A stretch of DNA of 64,000 nt, taken from the NCBI GenBank assembly GCA_963809485.1, contig CAWEJX010000008.1, positions 320,001 through 384,000 of the forward strand. Direction: 5' to 3'. Below the pieces are notes generated by a model. It saw nothing but the letters and a program-made list of their open reading frames with translations. It was not told where the DNA came from and searched no databases. Below, piece by piece: positions 49,851 through 60,438 of this stretch. Within the stretch, counting starts at the first letter, position 1; each line of letters begins with the position of its first letter. This DNA is from an uncultured Acidobacteriota bacterium (GTDB lineage Bacteria > Acidobacteriota > UBA6911). Position numbers and translations under genes: made by a program.

Positions 49851-49975
49851 CCCGATAGGGATCGAACCGCGCTTCTGCTGATCCGCCAGCCTCTCCCCTT
49901 CCACCAGTTCGAGGACGAGAAAATTTGTTCCGCCGGATTTCCTCAGGTCGTAAATAGCACACACGATTTGGGGGG
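49845..49975 (-). pseudogene. N-lobe fragment of a Ser/Thr protein kinase
   Basis: PQIVCAIYDLRKSGGTNFLVLELVEGERLADQQKRGSIPIGES (kinase subdomains IV-V). Confidence 0.7.
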
Positions 49976-50099
49976 TAAGTATCCAATAATCCTTTATCCG
50001 ATAAATTTTGGGATTTGACGCAACGCCGGTTGGAAGTACTATACCCATCCATGACTACACCTCATTCAAATCAGCGACGCTAGACGATATCGGAGGACG

Positions 50100-50568
50100 A
50101 TGATGCTCCACGCCGGCCGGATGCTTTTTCTGACCTCAATTGCGACGCTGATACTTGTCGCTGCAATTCACGGGCAGGATCAAAGAGGCGGGCCTGGCAA
50201 ACCGCAAAGTGGATCTGTAGCAGGAGCCTGCGGCGGGCAGGGATTCGGAGCTATACCCACGCATCCTCCCCCTAAGTCGCTCTTTCCCAATGCAAAAACA
50301 GATGGGAGGTCCGGAAAAGACCTCGCAGTTCATTCGGTTGTTCATGGCGCCCGGAGTCGGTCATTGCGGCGGCGGCAATGGGCCGTCCCCTTCCGGGCAG
50401 CAGGAAGCGCTTCTGGAATGGGTGGAGAAAGGCACGGCACCGGAGACTTTGCCGGCTACGAGCCGGGATCGGTCACGGCCGCTGTGCCGGTATCCGCTCG
50501 TTGCAAAATACAAAGGAACCGGCAGTACGGATGACGCAGCGAATTTTGTGTGCAGCAAAGGATTTTAG
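50100..50568 (+). pseudogene. Tannase/feruloyl esterase family gene with large internal deletion
   Basis: Signal-peptide N-terminus to about 50290, joined out of frame to RLFMAPGVGHCGGG...WVEKGTAPE...RSRPLCRYP..AKYKGTGS...AANFVC. Confidence 0.75.
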
Positions 50569-50616
50569 GGATTCCGGCGGATACTGTTTGATAGCCGCTA
50601 AAAGGGAGACACAACG

Positions 50617-51558
50617 ATGAGGTTCGAATACAAAACGAAAATCAAAATTGCCCTGGTTGCATTGTGCCTGCAGATCAGCCTGGCCCAGGCTCAATTCGCG
50701 CCGGCTCAGGAACCTGCGCCACAGCCCAAACCCAAGACGGATCAACGCGGCTTGAAGCAGATACGCGTGGATCCTCGTGTCCAAACGCGGTCGTACCTCT
50801 TCAAGGACACGGGCGAGAACCTGGAATATGCCCTGTTCATTTCCTCGAAGGTAAGCGAAGACAGGAAAAATCCGCTCATTGTCACCTTACACGGTCTGGG
50901 TGCCGGCCCGGCAATTATGCTTACAAAAGAGGCTGTGGATCTTGCGGAGGAAGGCGGCTACATCCTCGTGGGGCCTATGGGTTATAACGTCCGGGGATGG
51001 TACGGCATCCCGATGGGGCCGCCTCCCGATTTCTCCAAGTTTCCACCCCCAAAGGCCAATGCGGACGGAAAGGTTCAACCGGATAGCAAAACATCAGCCA
51101 AACCAAAGGCCTCCCCTCCCAATGATCCGCCAAATCTGCGCGAGCTGAGCGAAAAAGATGTCATGAATGTTCTGGGCATCGTCCGCAAGGAGTTCAACGT
51201 CGATGAACGACGGATATATCTGATGGGCCACTCCATGGGCGGAGCCGGAACGCTTTATCTCGGCGTCAAGTATGCCTCCATTTGGGCGGCTCTGGCCCCG
51301 GTTGCGCCTGCAGCTTTTGGCCTCAACCCCGACAGCCTGGCGGAAATCAAAAGCATGCCGGTTATATTTGTTCACGGCGATGCCGACGAGGTGGTTCCCG
51401 TTGCCATTACCCGGCAGTGGGTCGATAAGCTAAAACAACTGAACATGACTTACGAATACAAGGAGATGCCTGGGGTAAGCCATGGCCCCGTGATCACGGC
51501 CAGCCTGCCGAGCATTTATGAGTTTTTCGGCAAACACTCGAAACCGTTGATCCATTGA
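50617..51558 (+). CDS. Exported alpha/beta hydrolase (esterase/peptidase-like)
   Basis: Signal peptide; PLIVTLHGLG, RIYLMGHSMGG, HGDADEVVP, GVSH. Confidence 0.82.
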   Translation: MRFEYKTKIKIALVALCLQISLAQAQFAPAQEPAPQPKPKTDQRGLKQIRVDPRVQTRSYLFKDTGENLEYALFISSKVSEDRKNPLIVTLHGLGAGPAIMLTKEAVDLAEEGGYILVGPMGYNVRGWYGIPMGPPPDFSKFPPPKANADGKVQPDSKTSAKPKASPPNDPPNLRELSEKDVMNVLGIVRKEFNVDERRIYLMGHSMGGAGTLYLGVKYASIWAALAPVAPAAFGLNPDSLAEIKSMPVIFVHGDADEVVPVAITRQWVDKLKQLNMTYEYKEMPGVSHGPVITASLPSIYEFFGKHSKPLIH

Positions 51559-51685
51559 GGCACGCCTGTCTCAGCAGACCTGAAAATCAAACGCAGGATG
51601 CCGTCGATTCCTCAGCATTGACATTGCGTTTGCGGTGATGATATGAACAACAGCAACGAAAGCGCCTCAAGTTTAGGAGACGGCA

Positions 51686-53230
51686 ATGTCTCTGGAAGAG
51701 AAGCTGGAGGAACTGCGCCGGAAGAATGCTCTCGCCATAGAGGGCGGGGGCAGCAAACGGATCGATACTCAACATGCCCAGGGAAAGCTGACGGCGAGGG
51801 AACGGATAGAATTGCTTCTCGATCCGAATACCTTTGTAGAACTGGACCGCTTTGTGCAACACCGATGCTCCGACTTCGAACTGGAGAAGTATCTTGGAGA
51901 CGGCGTCATCACGGGCTACGGGCAAATCAACGGGCGATTGGTTTACGTTTTTGCCCAGGACTTCACGATTTTCGGCGGTTCTTTATCCGAAGCCTACGCT
52001 TCGAAGATCTGCAAAATCATGGATCATGCCGCCCGCAACGGGGCTCCCGTCATCGGATTGAATGACTCGGGAGGCGCTCGCATTCAGGAGGGCGTCCAGA
52101 GCCTCGCAGGGTACGCAGACATCTTTCTCCGCAACACGCTCTGCTCGGGTGTCGTTCCCCAGATCTCAGCCATCATGGGGCCCTGCGCCGGCGGAGCCGT
52201 CTATTCTCCGGCAATTACCGACTTCATCCTGATGGTAAAAGACACGGCCTATATGTTCGTTACCGGACCCGATGTGATCAAGACGGTCACCCACGAGGAG
52301 GTCACCAAGGAGGACCTCGGCGGCGCGATGACGCACAACGAGCGCAGCGGCGTTGCGCACTTTGCGGCCGACGATGAGCAGGAGTGTCTACGGTTGATCC
52401 GGGAACTCCTCGCCTTCGTCCCCCAGAATAATATGGAGGATCCGCCGGCCATTTCTCCGAAGGATTCTCCCAGCCGCACTGACGAAACGTTAAACATCAT
52501 AGTCCCCGACATTCCGACCAAGCCGTACGATATGCGGGATGTTTTCAAGCGAGTGGTCGATTCCGGAGAGTTTTTCGAAATCCAGGAGCATTACGCAAAG
52601 AACATCGTCATCGGCTTTGCCCGGATGAACGGCCGTGCGATAGGAATCGTGGCCAACCAGCCGGCGGTTCTCGCCGGTTGTCTTGATATCAATTCTTCGG
52701 TCAAGGGAGCGCGTTTCGTCCGATTCTGTGACGCCTTCAACATCCCGATTCTGACCTTCGTCGATGTTCCGGGTTTCCTTCCGGGAACGAATCAGGAATA
52801 TGGAGGCATCATCAAGCACGGAGCAAAGCTTCTTTACGCTTACGCCGAAGCCACCGTCCCCAAGGTTACAGTGATCACCCGGAAGGCCTATGGCGGGGCC
52901 TATGACGTCATGGCGTCCAAACATATTCGTGCCGACATCAACTTCGCTTTCCCGACTGCAGAGATCGCGGTTATGGGACCCGACGGGGCCGTCAATATCA
53001 TCTTCCGCAAGGAGCTCAATAAATCCGAAGATCCGGACCGCACCAAATCCGAACTGGTGGCCGATTACAGGTCGCGGTTTGCTACACCCTATAAGGCTGC
53101 AGAACTCGGATATATCGATGAGGTCATCCTGCCTCAAGATACGCGCCCAAAGGTTATTCAGGCATTCGAGATGTTGAAGAACAAGCGCGACAGCAATCCG
53201 CCGCGCAAGCACGGCAACATTCCTCTCTAG
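51686..53230 (+). CDS. pccB: Acyl-CoA (propionyl/methylmalonyl-CoA) carboxyltransferase subunit
   Basis: [54 protein letters not shown]. Confidence 0.9.
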   Translation: MSLEEKLEELRRKNALAIEGGGSKRIDTQHAQGKLTARERIELLLDPNTFVELDRFVQHRCSDFELEKYLGDGVITGYGQINGRLVYVFAQDFTIFGGSLSEAYASKICKIMDHAARNGAPVIGLNDSGGARIQEGVQSLAGYADIFLRNTLCSGVVPQISAIMGPCAGGAVYSPAITDFILMVKDTAYMFVTGPDVIKTVTHEEVTKEDLGGAMTHNERSGVAHFAADDEQECLRLIRELLAFVPQNNMEDPPAISPKDSPSRTDETLNIIVPDIPTKPYDMRDVFKRVVDSGEFFEIQEHYAKNIVIGFARMNGRAIGIVANQPAVLAGCLDINSSVKGARFVRFCDAFNIPILTFVDVPGFLPGTNQEYGGIIKHGAKLLYAYAEATVPKVTVITRKAYGGAYDVMASKHIRADINFAFPTAEIAVMGPDGAVNIIFRKELNKSEDPDRTKSELVADYRSRFATPYKAAELGYIDEVILPQDTRPKVIQAFEMLKNKRDSNPPRKHGNIPL

Positions 53231-53234
53231 GAGG

Positions 53235-54761
53235 ATGGCAGTGTTTCAGAAAATCCTGATTGCCAACCGCGGCGAAATTGCGGTCCGTGTGCTGCGCGCC
53301 TGCAGGGAGATGGGGATTTCTTCGGTGGCGATATTCTCCGAAGCGGATCGCGCTGCGCTCCACACACGATACTCGGACGAAGCCTATTGCATTGGAGCCC
53401 CGCCCGCGCGGGAGTCCTACCTGGGAATCGATAAAATAATCGACGCTGCAAAAAAGAGCGGGGCTCAGGCGATCCATCCGGGATACGGATTCCTGGCGGA
53501 GAATCCGCTGTTCGCGGAACGCTGCGAAAAGGAAAGCATTAAGCTCATCGGCCCTTCTTCCTATGCAATCCGGACCATGGGCTCAAAAACCCTGGCGCGA
53601 AAAACCGTTCAAGCCGCGGGGGTCCCGGTGGTACCCGGGACCCTGGAGCCTGTCTCAACAGAGGATGAGGCTCTCAAAATCGCATCGGGGATCGGATTCC
53701 CTGTGTTATTAAAAGCCACTGCCGGAGGGGGAGGAAAGGGATTGCGTTTGGTGACCAATGCGGCGGGACTCCGATCATCGCTTCGAATGGCAAAATCCGA
53801 GGCGAAATCCGCCTTTGACGACGATTCGGTATATATTGAAAAGTATATCGAGGACACACGCCACATTGAGATTCAGATCCTCGGGGATCAATATGGAAAT
53901 TACATTCACCTGTGCGAACGCGAATGCTCCATTCAGCGGCGCCATCAGAAGGTGATCGAAGAAACCCCCTCCATGATCGTTACGCCGGAAATGCGCGAGG
54001 CGATGGGGAATGTAGCGATCGAGGCCGCGCGCGCTGTGCGCTACGAAGGAGCCGGAACATGCGAATTTCTGGTCGATAAAAACCGGAATTTTTTCTTTCT
54101 CGAGATGAATACGCGGCTTCAGGTGGAGCATCCGGTTACAGAAATGGTAACGGGAGTTGACATTGTAAAAGAGCAAATCCGGCTGGCGGCGGGGGAAAAG
54201 CTCACCATCAGGCAGAAGGATGTAAAGCAGACGGGACACGCTATCGAGTGCCGGATTTACGCGGAAGATCCCGACCGGAATTTTATCCCGTGCCCGGGTT
54301 TGATCACTTCCCTGCGCGTTCCCGGAGGCCCCGGCGTGCGGGACGACTCAGGAGTATATGCAGGATTTGAAATCCCCATCCATTACGACCCAATCATTTC
54401 CAAGCTGATTGCCTGGGGCAGAGATCGGAGCGAGGCAATCGCGCGCATGAAGCGAGCCCTGTCGGTCTATGTGGTTACCGGGATTAAAACCACGCTTCCC
54501 TTCCACATTCGGGTAATGAACAATCGCCATTTCATCGAGGGGGACTTCGATACAAACTTCATCGATAAGGCCTTTTTCCGTCAAGAAGCGGAGCGCAAGT
54601 TCGGAGGTGAGGAAATTGCCATCATCGCCGCGGCGATCCACGTTTACACGGATGAGCAGAAGTGCGCCGTAAACCACGCCCAGGAAGGTTCGTCCGGGCC
54701 GGTTTCCATGTGGAAGTACTCCACGCGGCCGGGTATTCACAAGATAGGACGGGCACGGTAA
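53235..54761 (+). CDS. accC: Biotin carboxylase subunit
   Basis: ILIANRGEIA, IHPGYGFLAEN, GGGGKG, RECSIQRRHQK, EMNTRLQVEHPVTE, ECRIYAED. Confidence 0.92.
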   Translation: MAVFQKILIANRGEIAVRVLRACREMGISSVAIFSEADRAALHTRYSDEAYCIGAPPARESYLGIDKIIDAAKKSGAQAIHPGYGFLAENPLFAERCEKESIKLIGPSSYAIRTMGSKTLARKTVQAAGVPVVPGTLEPVSTEDEALKIASGIGFPVLLKATAGGGGKGLRLVTNAAGLRSSLRMAKSEAKSAFDDDSVYIEKYIEDTRHIEIQILGDQYGNYIHLCERECSIQRRHQKVIEETPSMIVTPEMREAMGNVAIEAARAVRYEGAGTCEFLVDKNRNFFFLEMNTRLQVEHPVTEMVTGVDIVKEQIRLAAGEKLTIRQKDVKQTGHAIECRIYAEDPDRNFIPCPGLITSLRVPGGPGVRDDSGVYAGFEIPIHYDPIISKLIAWGRDRSEAIARMKRALSVYVVTGIKTTLPFHIRVMNNRHFIEGDFDTNFIDKAFFRQEAERKFGGEEIAIIAAAIHVYTDEQKCAVNHAQEGSSGPVSMWKYSTRPGIHKIGRAR

Positions 54762-55264
54762 TGAACTACACGGCAACAATCGGCGAAAAAGAAGTGAAGG
54801 TGGCCGTGGAAGGGATCGGGGGATCAAACTATAGGGTTAGTGTTGATGGGACCAGCTACATTGTAGACGCGCTTCAGGTGGCTAGCCATTTATGGTCGAT
54901 CCTCCTCGGCAACAAATCCATTGAGGTGGACATAACGCCGCTGCCGGGAGAGGAATTCGAGATCCTGATCAATGGCGATTGCCATAAATTTTCGCTGGTG
55001 AACGAGCAGCGCAAAACGATGATCCGGTCGGGCGGCAAGGGGATTACAGCCAAAGCGATCCTCGTTTCCCCAATGCCGGGAAAGGTTGTAAAGCTTCTCG
55101 TCGGAGTTGGAGAAGAGGTGAAGGCGGATCATGGATTGATAGTTATGGAAGCCATGAAAATGGAGAATGAACTCAAATCCTCCGGTCCCGGAAAGATCAA
55201 GGGGATATTCGTAAAAGAAGGGGATGTGGTTGAAGCAGGAGCCAGGCTGCTTCTTATGGAATAA
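54761..55264 (+). CDS. Biotin carboxyl carrier protein
   Basis: SPMPGKVV, EAMKMENE; TAATG overlap with the accC stop. Confidence 0.88.
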   Translation: MNYTATIGEKEVKVAVEGIGGSNYRVSVDGTSYIVDALQVASHLWSILLGNKSIEVDITPLPGEEFEILINGDCHKFSLVNEQRKTMIRSGGKGITAKAILVSPMPGKVVKLLVGVGEEVKADHGLIVMEAMKMENELKSSGPGKIKGIFVKEGDVVEAGARLLLME

Positions 55265-55421
55265 GGACTTTGCCGACAACCCGACCATGCCGTTGTTGGG
55301 CCCATGGAAGGGACCTTGTCACGGGACCCGGTTTAACCTCAAACCCAAAGTTGAAGCGCCGGGAGCGTCCCGCCTGCAGGAAATTGCCGAACACCACAGA
55401 TAGAACTTTCAAAAAAACGAT

Positions 55422-55595
55422 GTCCGGAGGATGGATTCCTGCCTTCTGGATGAACTCGGGATTGACCCTCAGGTGATGGCGGATCAGATGGGGCACGGCG
55501 TAAACGTAAACCAACACCAATATACCCGATCGTTACTTAAGCGCAGGGCAAATGCTTTTAACGTGATCGAGAAAACTTTCAGGCGGTGTTTATAG
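55422..55595 (+). pseudogene. C-terminal remnant of a tyrosine recombinase/integrase
   Basis: VRRMDSCLLDELGIDPQVMADQMGHGVNVNQHQYTRS: R...GH...Y box II. Confidence 0.65.
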
Positions 55596-55798
55596 TCTTT
55601 CAGAACACCTGGGAAAATTCGTGATCCAGTATTTGTCAAACTGAGGCTGCCTCACCGGCAGAGCCGGTGGATGTCTCATTGGATTAGGGCAACACACAAT
55701 TGGTTCATATCCGATACATTAAGCCTTGCCGCGCACCTGTAGCAGGATTATTATCGAAAATTCAGGGCGAAAAAACCAAATCGTGAGGGGAGATAGCT

Positions 55799-56275
55799 AT
55801 GGCTGATATGCCTATCATAAAGAACATAAAGCGCGAACAAACTGTATATGAATTGAAACCCTGGAAATCAATTCACGACACCATTAAAAAACCGATGGTC
55901 ACCGGTCTGGGCCCGGCGGAAATCCCGGAATCCGCTCTGGGGATGGGATTCGCTCACATCACGGAACCCGACATACTGGGTAGCCCTACGCATATTCATC
56001 CGTTCGACCAATGGATTTACCTTATCGGAGCTGAGGTTTTTTCCGATTTTGATGCGGATATTGAGTTTACCTTCGGCGAAGAGGTTCTGAAGATCAACTA
56101 TCCATGCTATATCTTTGTCCCAAAAGGTACCAAGCATTGCCCGTTGGATATTAAGCGCGTCGGGAAGCCACTGATCTTCATCGATGCCAGTATTACCCAG
56201 GAGGCGTCCGTTCGTCCGGAAAAAATCGCGAGTGTCGAGCGCCCGATTTATCAGGCGTTAAAAAATAAAAAGTAA
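55799..56275 (+). CDS. Cupin-like protein, no signal peptide
   Basis: THIHPFDQ, FVPKGTKHCPL; close paralogue of 26568-27191 (ELKPW.SIH, DFDAD.EF, KINYP, RVGKPLIFIDA). Confidence 0.78.
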   Translation: MADMPIIKNIKREQTVYELKPWKSIHDTIKKPMVTGLGPAEIPESALGMGFAHITEPDILGSPTHIHPFDQWIYLIGAEVFSDFDADIEFTFGEEVLKINYPCYIFVPKGTKHCPLDIKRVGKPLIFIDASITQEASVRPEKIASVERPIYQALKNKK

Positions 56276-56469
56276 ATCGGTTTGGGACCACGGACCTTCT
56301 CGATACAAGCCGGATTTCGAAAGAGCTCTCATCATTGAAGGAAAAAGCTGTGCATATTGGCGTGCTCCGAGCTTGAAAAGGCACGCGGCTTTTCCCGATA
56401 GGATGAGGACTATCAAGGGTTGCGTTTGTTCTCCCTGGGGCTTGAGGCAGGGACAGTTCCATTTCCTTA

Positions 56470-56598
56470 GGCTTTTGCTCGCCGACCCTCGCCGGACAAA
56501 TCGGCGTTTGTCAGCGCTTTTATCAGCGTTTCTCAGCCTTTCAAAATACGGAGCGGTCAAACACTTTGAGTCCCCCGGCAGAGCCGGGGTTTATCGAT
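56470..56598 (-). mobile_element. IS200-end element, copy E (left-end half only)
   Basis: GGCTTTTGCTCGCCGACCCTCGCC ... GAGTCCCCCGGCAGAGCCGGGG, as in copies C and D. Confidence 0.72.
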
Positions 56599-56599
56599 G

Positions 56600-56908
56600 T
56601 AATTAGTTTCTGTCGCGAAACTCGGGTTTTGTGAAAAAGCCAAATTTTTCAACCGTCAATAGGATATTTGATATTACATGGAAGCCGATAATTGGGGTCA
56701 GGCCGCGTAGCGGCCAGCTGAATTTAGCCAGGCCTTTTAAGGCCTGGATCGAAAGGCGTTAAGTTTTCCGTCGCGTAGCGACGGCTGAATCTCAGGCGTC
56801 GCTACGCGACGCGCTGCTCGCTGTACCATGGTTCCCGGCCTTGAAAGGCCGGGCTAAAATCATAGTGCCGCTACGCGGCACAAACCAGTTTCCCGACAGA
56901 AATAATTA
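56600..56908. mobile_element. TIR-bounded MITE with palindromic REP-like core, copy 2
   Basis: TAATTAGTTTCTGTCGCGAAACT ... AGTTTCCCGACAGAAATAATTA; near-identical to 36936-37235. Confidence 0.78.
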
Positions 56909-57700
56909 GCGGTTCATGGGAGATAATTGAGCTGCCGCTTTGGCGCATCTCTTACCATAGAGCTGCATTTTTTCTTTTGTCATCCTGAATGCGGGCCCCA
57001 CTATTGACAAAGCCCCCATTACCCGCTCTTCCGAATCAAACAATGGTGCCGAAACCGCACTGATTCCTTCCTGGAACTCTTCAGTATCGGCAGCATAGCC
57101 TTGTTCGCGGACAATCGCCAGTTCGTTTCGATAAAGCTTCACGCCTGTAATGGAGTTCTTGGTTCTAGCAGGAAGCCCCTCCCTTCTGATGATTGTGTTG
57201 ACCCGGCTTTCAGGAAGCCAGGCGAGCACGGCCTTACCATTGGATTTGTTTAGGACTGAATCCATTGTTCCAATAGGCGGAGACACACGGAGCTCGACCG
57301 GGGATTCCACCGATTCCACTATGACCATTTTGGTTCCACTCAAAACGGCCAGGTTGGCAGTTTCCCCGCTATATTCAGCCAGATCTTTTAAAAATGCTTT
57401 TGTTGAACGATTGATATGTAAATTGTTCAATGCAGCCTGGCCACACTGCACCAGCGCAAGCCCAAGAGTGTACGCCTTGGTCGTTTCATTGCGGTTTAGG
57501 AATCCGAGGTGACTCAATGTCACAAGGATTTTGTGCACACTGCTTTTATGATATCCGGTAATAGAGGCTATTTCGGCGAGGGTCATTTCTCGTGTTCTGC
57601 TTCCAATCATCAGCATGATACGAGCTGCTCTGTCTACCGCTGGGACATTGTATGCGGAAATATCATCTTCCACGGAAGGATCTTTTGAGTTCCGTTTCAT
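56906..57700 (-). CDS. IclR family transcriptional regulator
   Basis: VPAVDRAARI, HTH LAEIA...HKSSVHKIL, SGETANLAV, GKAVLA, REQGYA.D.EE..EG..AVSAP. Confidence 0.9.
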   Translation of the reverse strand: MKRNSKDPSVEDDISAYNVPAVDRAARIMLMIGSRTREMTLAEIASITGYHKSSVHKILVTLSHLGFLNRNETTKAYTLGLALVQCGQAALNNLHINRSTKAFLKDLAEYSGETANLAVLSGTKMVIVESVESPVELRVSPPIGTMDSVLNKSNGKAVLAWLPESRVNTIIRREGLPARTKNSITGVKLYRNELAIVREQGYAADTEEFQEGISAVSAPLFDSEERVMGALSIVGPAFRMTKEKMQLYGKRCAKAAAQLSPMNR

Positions 57701-57738
57701 GACTTTTTCCTTTGAATCAAGGGTGAAGCTTGGCATGA

Positions 57739-58021
57739 TCAGGAATCACCAGCAGGCACGACATTGATCTCAATTCCATATTCACCAGCGCATCGGCAAT
57801 GCCCTGGGTGCTCGTCTGCGCGGGAATTAACAGCGAATAGCTGTTGGGGAAACACTGTCAGGGTGTTGTCCTCTTTCTTGAAGCCCCGTGAAACATGCAA
57901 GGGTTCCCAGGGACTATCTTCCCCATGCATATGCGTCCGTATCTAATGGAGCTTTAAAGGAAACGTGTACTACCATGATGGAGATCATCCTCATGGCAAA
58001 AATCAGCACAATCCTTCGTAT
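57739..58021 (-). pseudogene. Internally deleted UGSC-family gene remnant
   Basis: EDSPWEPLHVSRGFKKEDNTLTVF aligns with EGKSPFKPLSVRRGFKEGENIVTLF and EEMSPWDPYQVSQGFAKGDSTVTV; preceded by GGAGGGAGG and a signal-peptide-like stretch. Confidence 0.65.
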
Positions 58022-58110
58022 TCTGCCCTCCCTCCATATCCAGGACATTGTTTATTTGATGGCAATCGCGTCAGGTCCGATGGAGTGCGCAAACTGCTTT
58101 TAACGCATCA

Positions 58111-58524
58111 CTACTTTTCTATCGGGTACCCCGCATCCTTCCAGCCCTTAATGGCTGGATCCGCCAATACCTTTACATTTTCAAGGCCCATTTGAAGCAA
58201 CTGAGACGCAACATCCGCGCTGTCCGATTCTCCCGGTCCGCAGTCGCAATAAACGATAATGGGATTGTTTTTCGGCAGACTGAACACCGCATCGACCGGG
58301 ATCTGCGCCTTCCACGGAAGAGAGACAGCTCCTTTAATGTGGCCCTCTTGATAAACATCCTTCGGCTGAACATCCACGATGGTAACCGGCTTGCCATCAT
58401 CCATCATCTTCTTCAGTTCCTGAATGCTTATTCGGGGCACATCCTGCGCCGCCGCATAGGCCGCGCCAAAAAGGAAACAAACAATCAAAACGCCGGACAA
58501 AACACACAAGTTCTTGTTCTTCAT
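58111..58524 (-). CDS. Exported rhodanese-like domain protein
   Basis: Signal peptide; VPRISIQELK, IVDV, EGHIKGA, VYCDC, GW..AGYP; RBS AAGGAG. Confidence 0.85.
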   Translation of the reverse strand: MKNKNLCVLSGVLIVCFLFGAAYAAAQDVPRISIQELKKMMDDGKPVTIVDVQPKDVYQEGHIKGAVSLPWKAQIPVDAVFSLPKNNPIIVYCDCGPGESDSADVASQLLQMGLENVKVLADPAIKGWKDAGYPIEK

Positions 58525-58580
58525 ATTCTCCTTTGCCCGGCAGCCCATGTGTGGACCGCCGTCTGCAGTGCATCCTGATT

Positions 58581-58637
58581 TCCTATACGATATAGCATAT
58601 TATATAGGATTCTAAAATGCCCTAACCAGGCAGTCAA
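58581..58637 (-). promoter_or_regulatory. Sigma70 promoter with overlapping palindromic operator
   Basis: TTGACT (58637-58632), 17 bp, TAGAAT (58614-58609); palindrome TCCTATAcgATATagcATATtaTATAGGA at 58581-58609. Confidence 0.62.
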
Positions 58638-59040
58638 GCGAATTGTTGGGCGCCATCGGCCAGTTTTGTGACTCGAGAACCGCCGTATTTGCCCTCCCGC
58701 CCGGACTAGAAAATGATGAGTTTCCCGAGCTGCCGATATGGCAGGCTGAGCCATCAGACCGCAGGGGTCGGTCAGGACCTTCCGAATGCCCACCGTCACT
58801 TCTAAGATGTTGCAGTATAGGTGCGCGGGCGCGCGCCGATGCGCCCAAAATCCCTTTCAAAAGCCATAATTTCAGGTTAGGATGCCACCGAATTCGACAA
58901 AGGGGGCAATTTATAACCCCGAAATTTACATAAGGCATACTTATCGGAAGTTTATGAGGCGGCCTGCCGCCGGGCGAATTCATAAATGGCCGGCAGCTTA
59001 TGCTATCCCCCCAAGAATACATCGAGAAAAGGGGCATGAC

Positions 59041-60366
59041 ATGGCAGCGTTCAAATCCAGGGAAGAACTCATCGCCGCTGAAAAGGGTCTTAAAGAAGCC
59101 ATCGAAAGGAAACACGGCAAAACCGCCGAGGAGCTTTGCCTGGAGCGGGAAAAAAGGATTGACGCTGCGATGCGGCTGAAAGAGCCGGACCGTGTGCCGG
59201 TGGTTTTCTGGGATGTTCCTTTGCTCGCCTGCCGCTATGCCGGGCTGCCCTATTCTGCCGCCTATTACGACGCCCCCGCCTGGAAGGCAGCCTTCAAAAC
59301 GATGCTAGCCGACCTTGAACCCGACGGCTGGGCGGTAGCCGGCCGCGAATCGGGCGCGGCGCTGGAAGCCACCGGCACCAATTTCACCCGCTGGCCAGGC
59401 GGCAATCTGCCCCCCGACGTCGGCAACCAGGTAGCCGAACAGGAATTCATGAAAGAGGACGAATACGACCATTTCCTGGCCGACCCTTCCGACTTTATCG
59501 TGCGGGTCTGGCTGCCGCGGGCCTACAGCTCGCTTCAGCCGCTGGCCAAACTGCCGCCGCTGATGGACATGGGGACGGGCGTGGCTGCGATGGGCAGGAT
59601 GTTCGCCGCGGGACAATTCGAGCAGCTTATCGGGGCGATGAAGGCTGCCGGCGCAGCGGCGGCGAAATGGGAAAGCGAGATGGGGCGCATGGATGTGGAG
59701 ATGGCCTCCCTGGGTCTTCCGGCAGCGCCGCTGTCCTTCGGCGGCGTAACCCCGCCTTTTTCGAGCTTCAGCAACAATTTCCGCACCTTCCGGGGGGTGG
59801 CGCTCGATATGTTCCGCCGCCCGGAGAAGCTCAAGGCTGCCCTGAACAAGCTACTGGAATACCGGATCGCCACTGCTGCACCCCCTGTGAAAAAGGAGGG
59901 AAAACTGGCCGTGGGCAGCGCCAGCGAACCCCACCGGGTTTCCGACGAATTTCTTTCGCTGAAACAATTCGAGGAATTCGTCTGGCCTTTCTGGAAACGG
60001 TCCATCGAGGCCACGCTTAAACTCGGGTATGATGTCAACTGGATGTTTTTCGAGGGGCGCCGCGATAAACAGCTCGAGTATTTCGCCGATTTCCCGAAAG
60101 GCAGTCTGATGATTTTGTTCGAGAGAACGGATATTTTCCGGGCCAAGGAAATCCTCGGAGACCGCGTCTGCCTGATGGGCAATGTTCCTCTTTCCCTCCT
60201 CCAGCTCGGTTCGCCTCAGGAAGTCGAGGATTACGGCAAGAACCTAATCAAGGTTTGCGGCAAGGGCGGCGGGTTTATCCTGGCCAACGGCGGCGGTATC
60301 TATGACGCCAAACCGGAGAATATGCGCGCTATGGTTGAAACCGTCCGGAAACACGGATGGTACTAA
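59041..60366 (+). CDS. URO-D/MtaA-CmuA superfamily-like protein, paralogue of 21886-23199
   Basis: PDRVP, EFMKEDEYD..LADPS, LDMFRRPEKL, FLSLKQFEEFVWP, FFEG, AKEILG..CLMGNVP, CGKGGGFIL. Confidence 0.82.
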   Translation: MAAFKSREELIAAEKGLKEAIERKHGKTAEELCLEREKRIDAAMRLKEPDRVPVVFWDVPLLACRYAGLPYSAAYYDAPAWKAAFKTMLADLEPDGWAVAGRESGAALEATGTNFTRWPGGNLPPDVGNQVAEQEFMKEDEYDHFLADPSDFIVRVWLPRAYSSLQPLAKLPPLMDMGTGVAAMGRMFAAGQFEQLIGAMKAAGAAAAKWESEMGRMDVEMASLGLPAAPLSFGGVTPPFSSFSNNFRTFRGVALDMFRRPEKLKAALNKLLEYRIATAAPPVKKEGKLAVGSASEPHRVSDEFLSLKQFEEFVWPFWKRSIEATLKLGYDVNWMFFEGRRDKQLEYFADFPKGSLMILFERTDIFRAKEILGDRVCLMGNVPLSLLQLGSPQEVEDYGKNLIKVCGKGGGFILANGGGIYDAKPENMRAMVETVRKHGWY

Positions 60367-60438
60367 TGGCGCCGGCGCTGCAACCCCGCGGTGCTTGTCG
60401 CTTGAAGCCCACTATTTTCACTGGCGGCGATCCATCGA

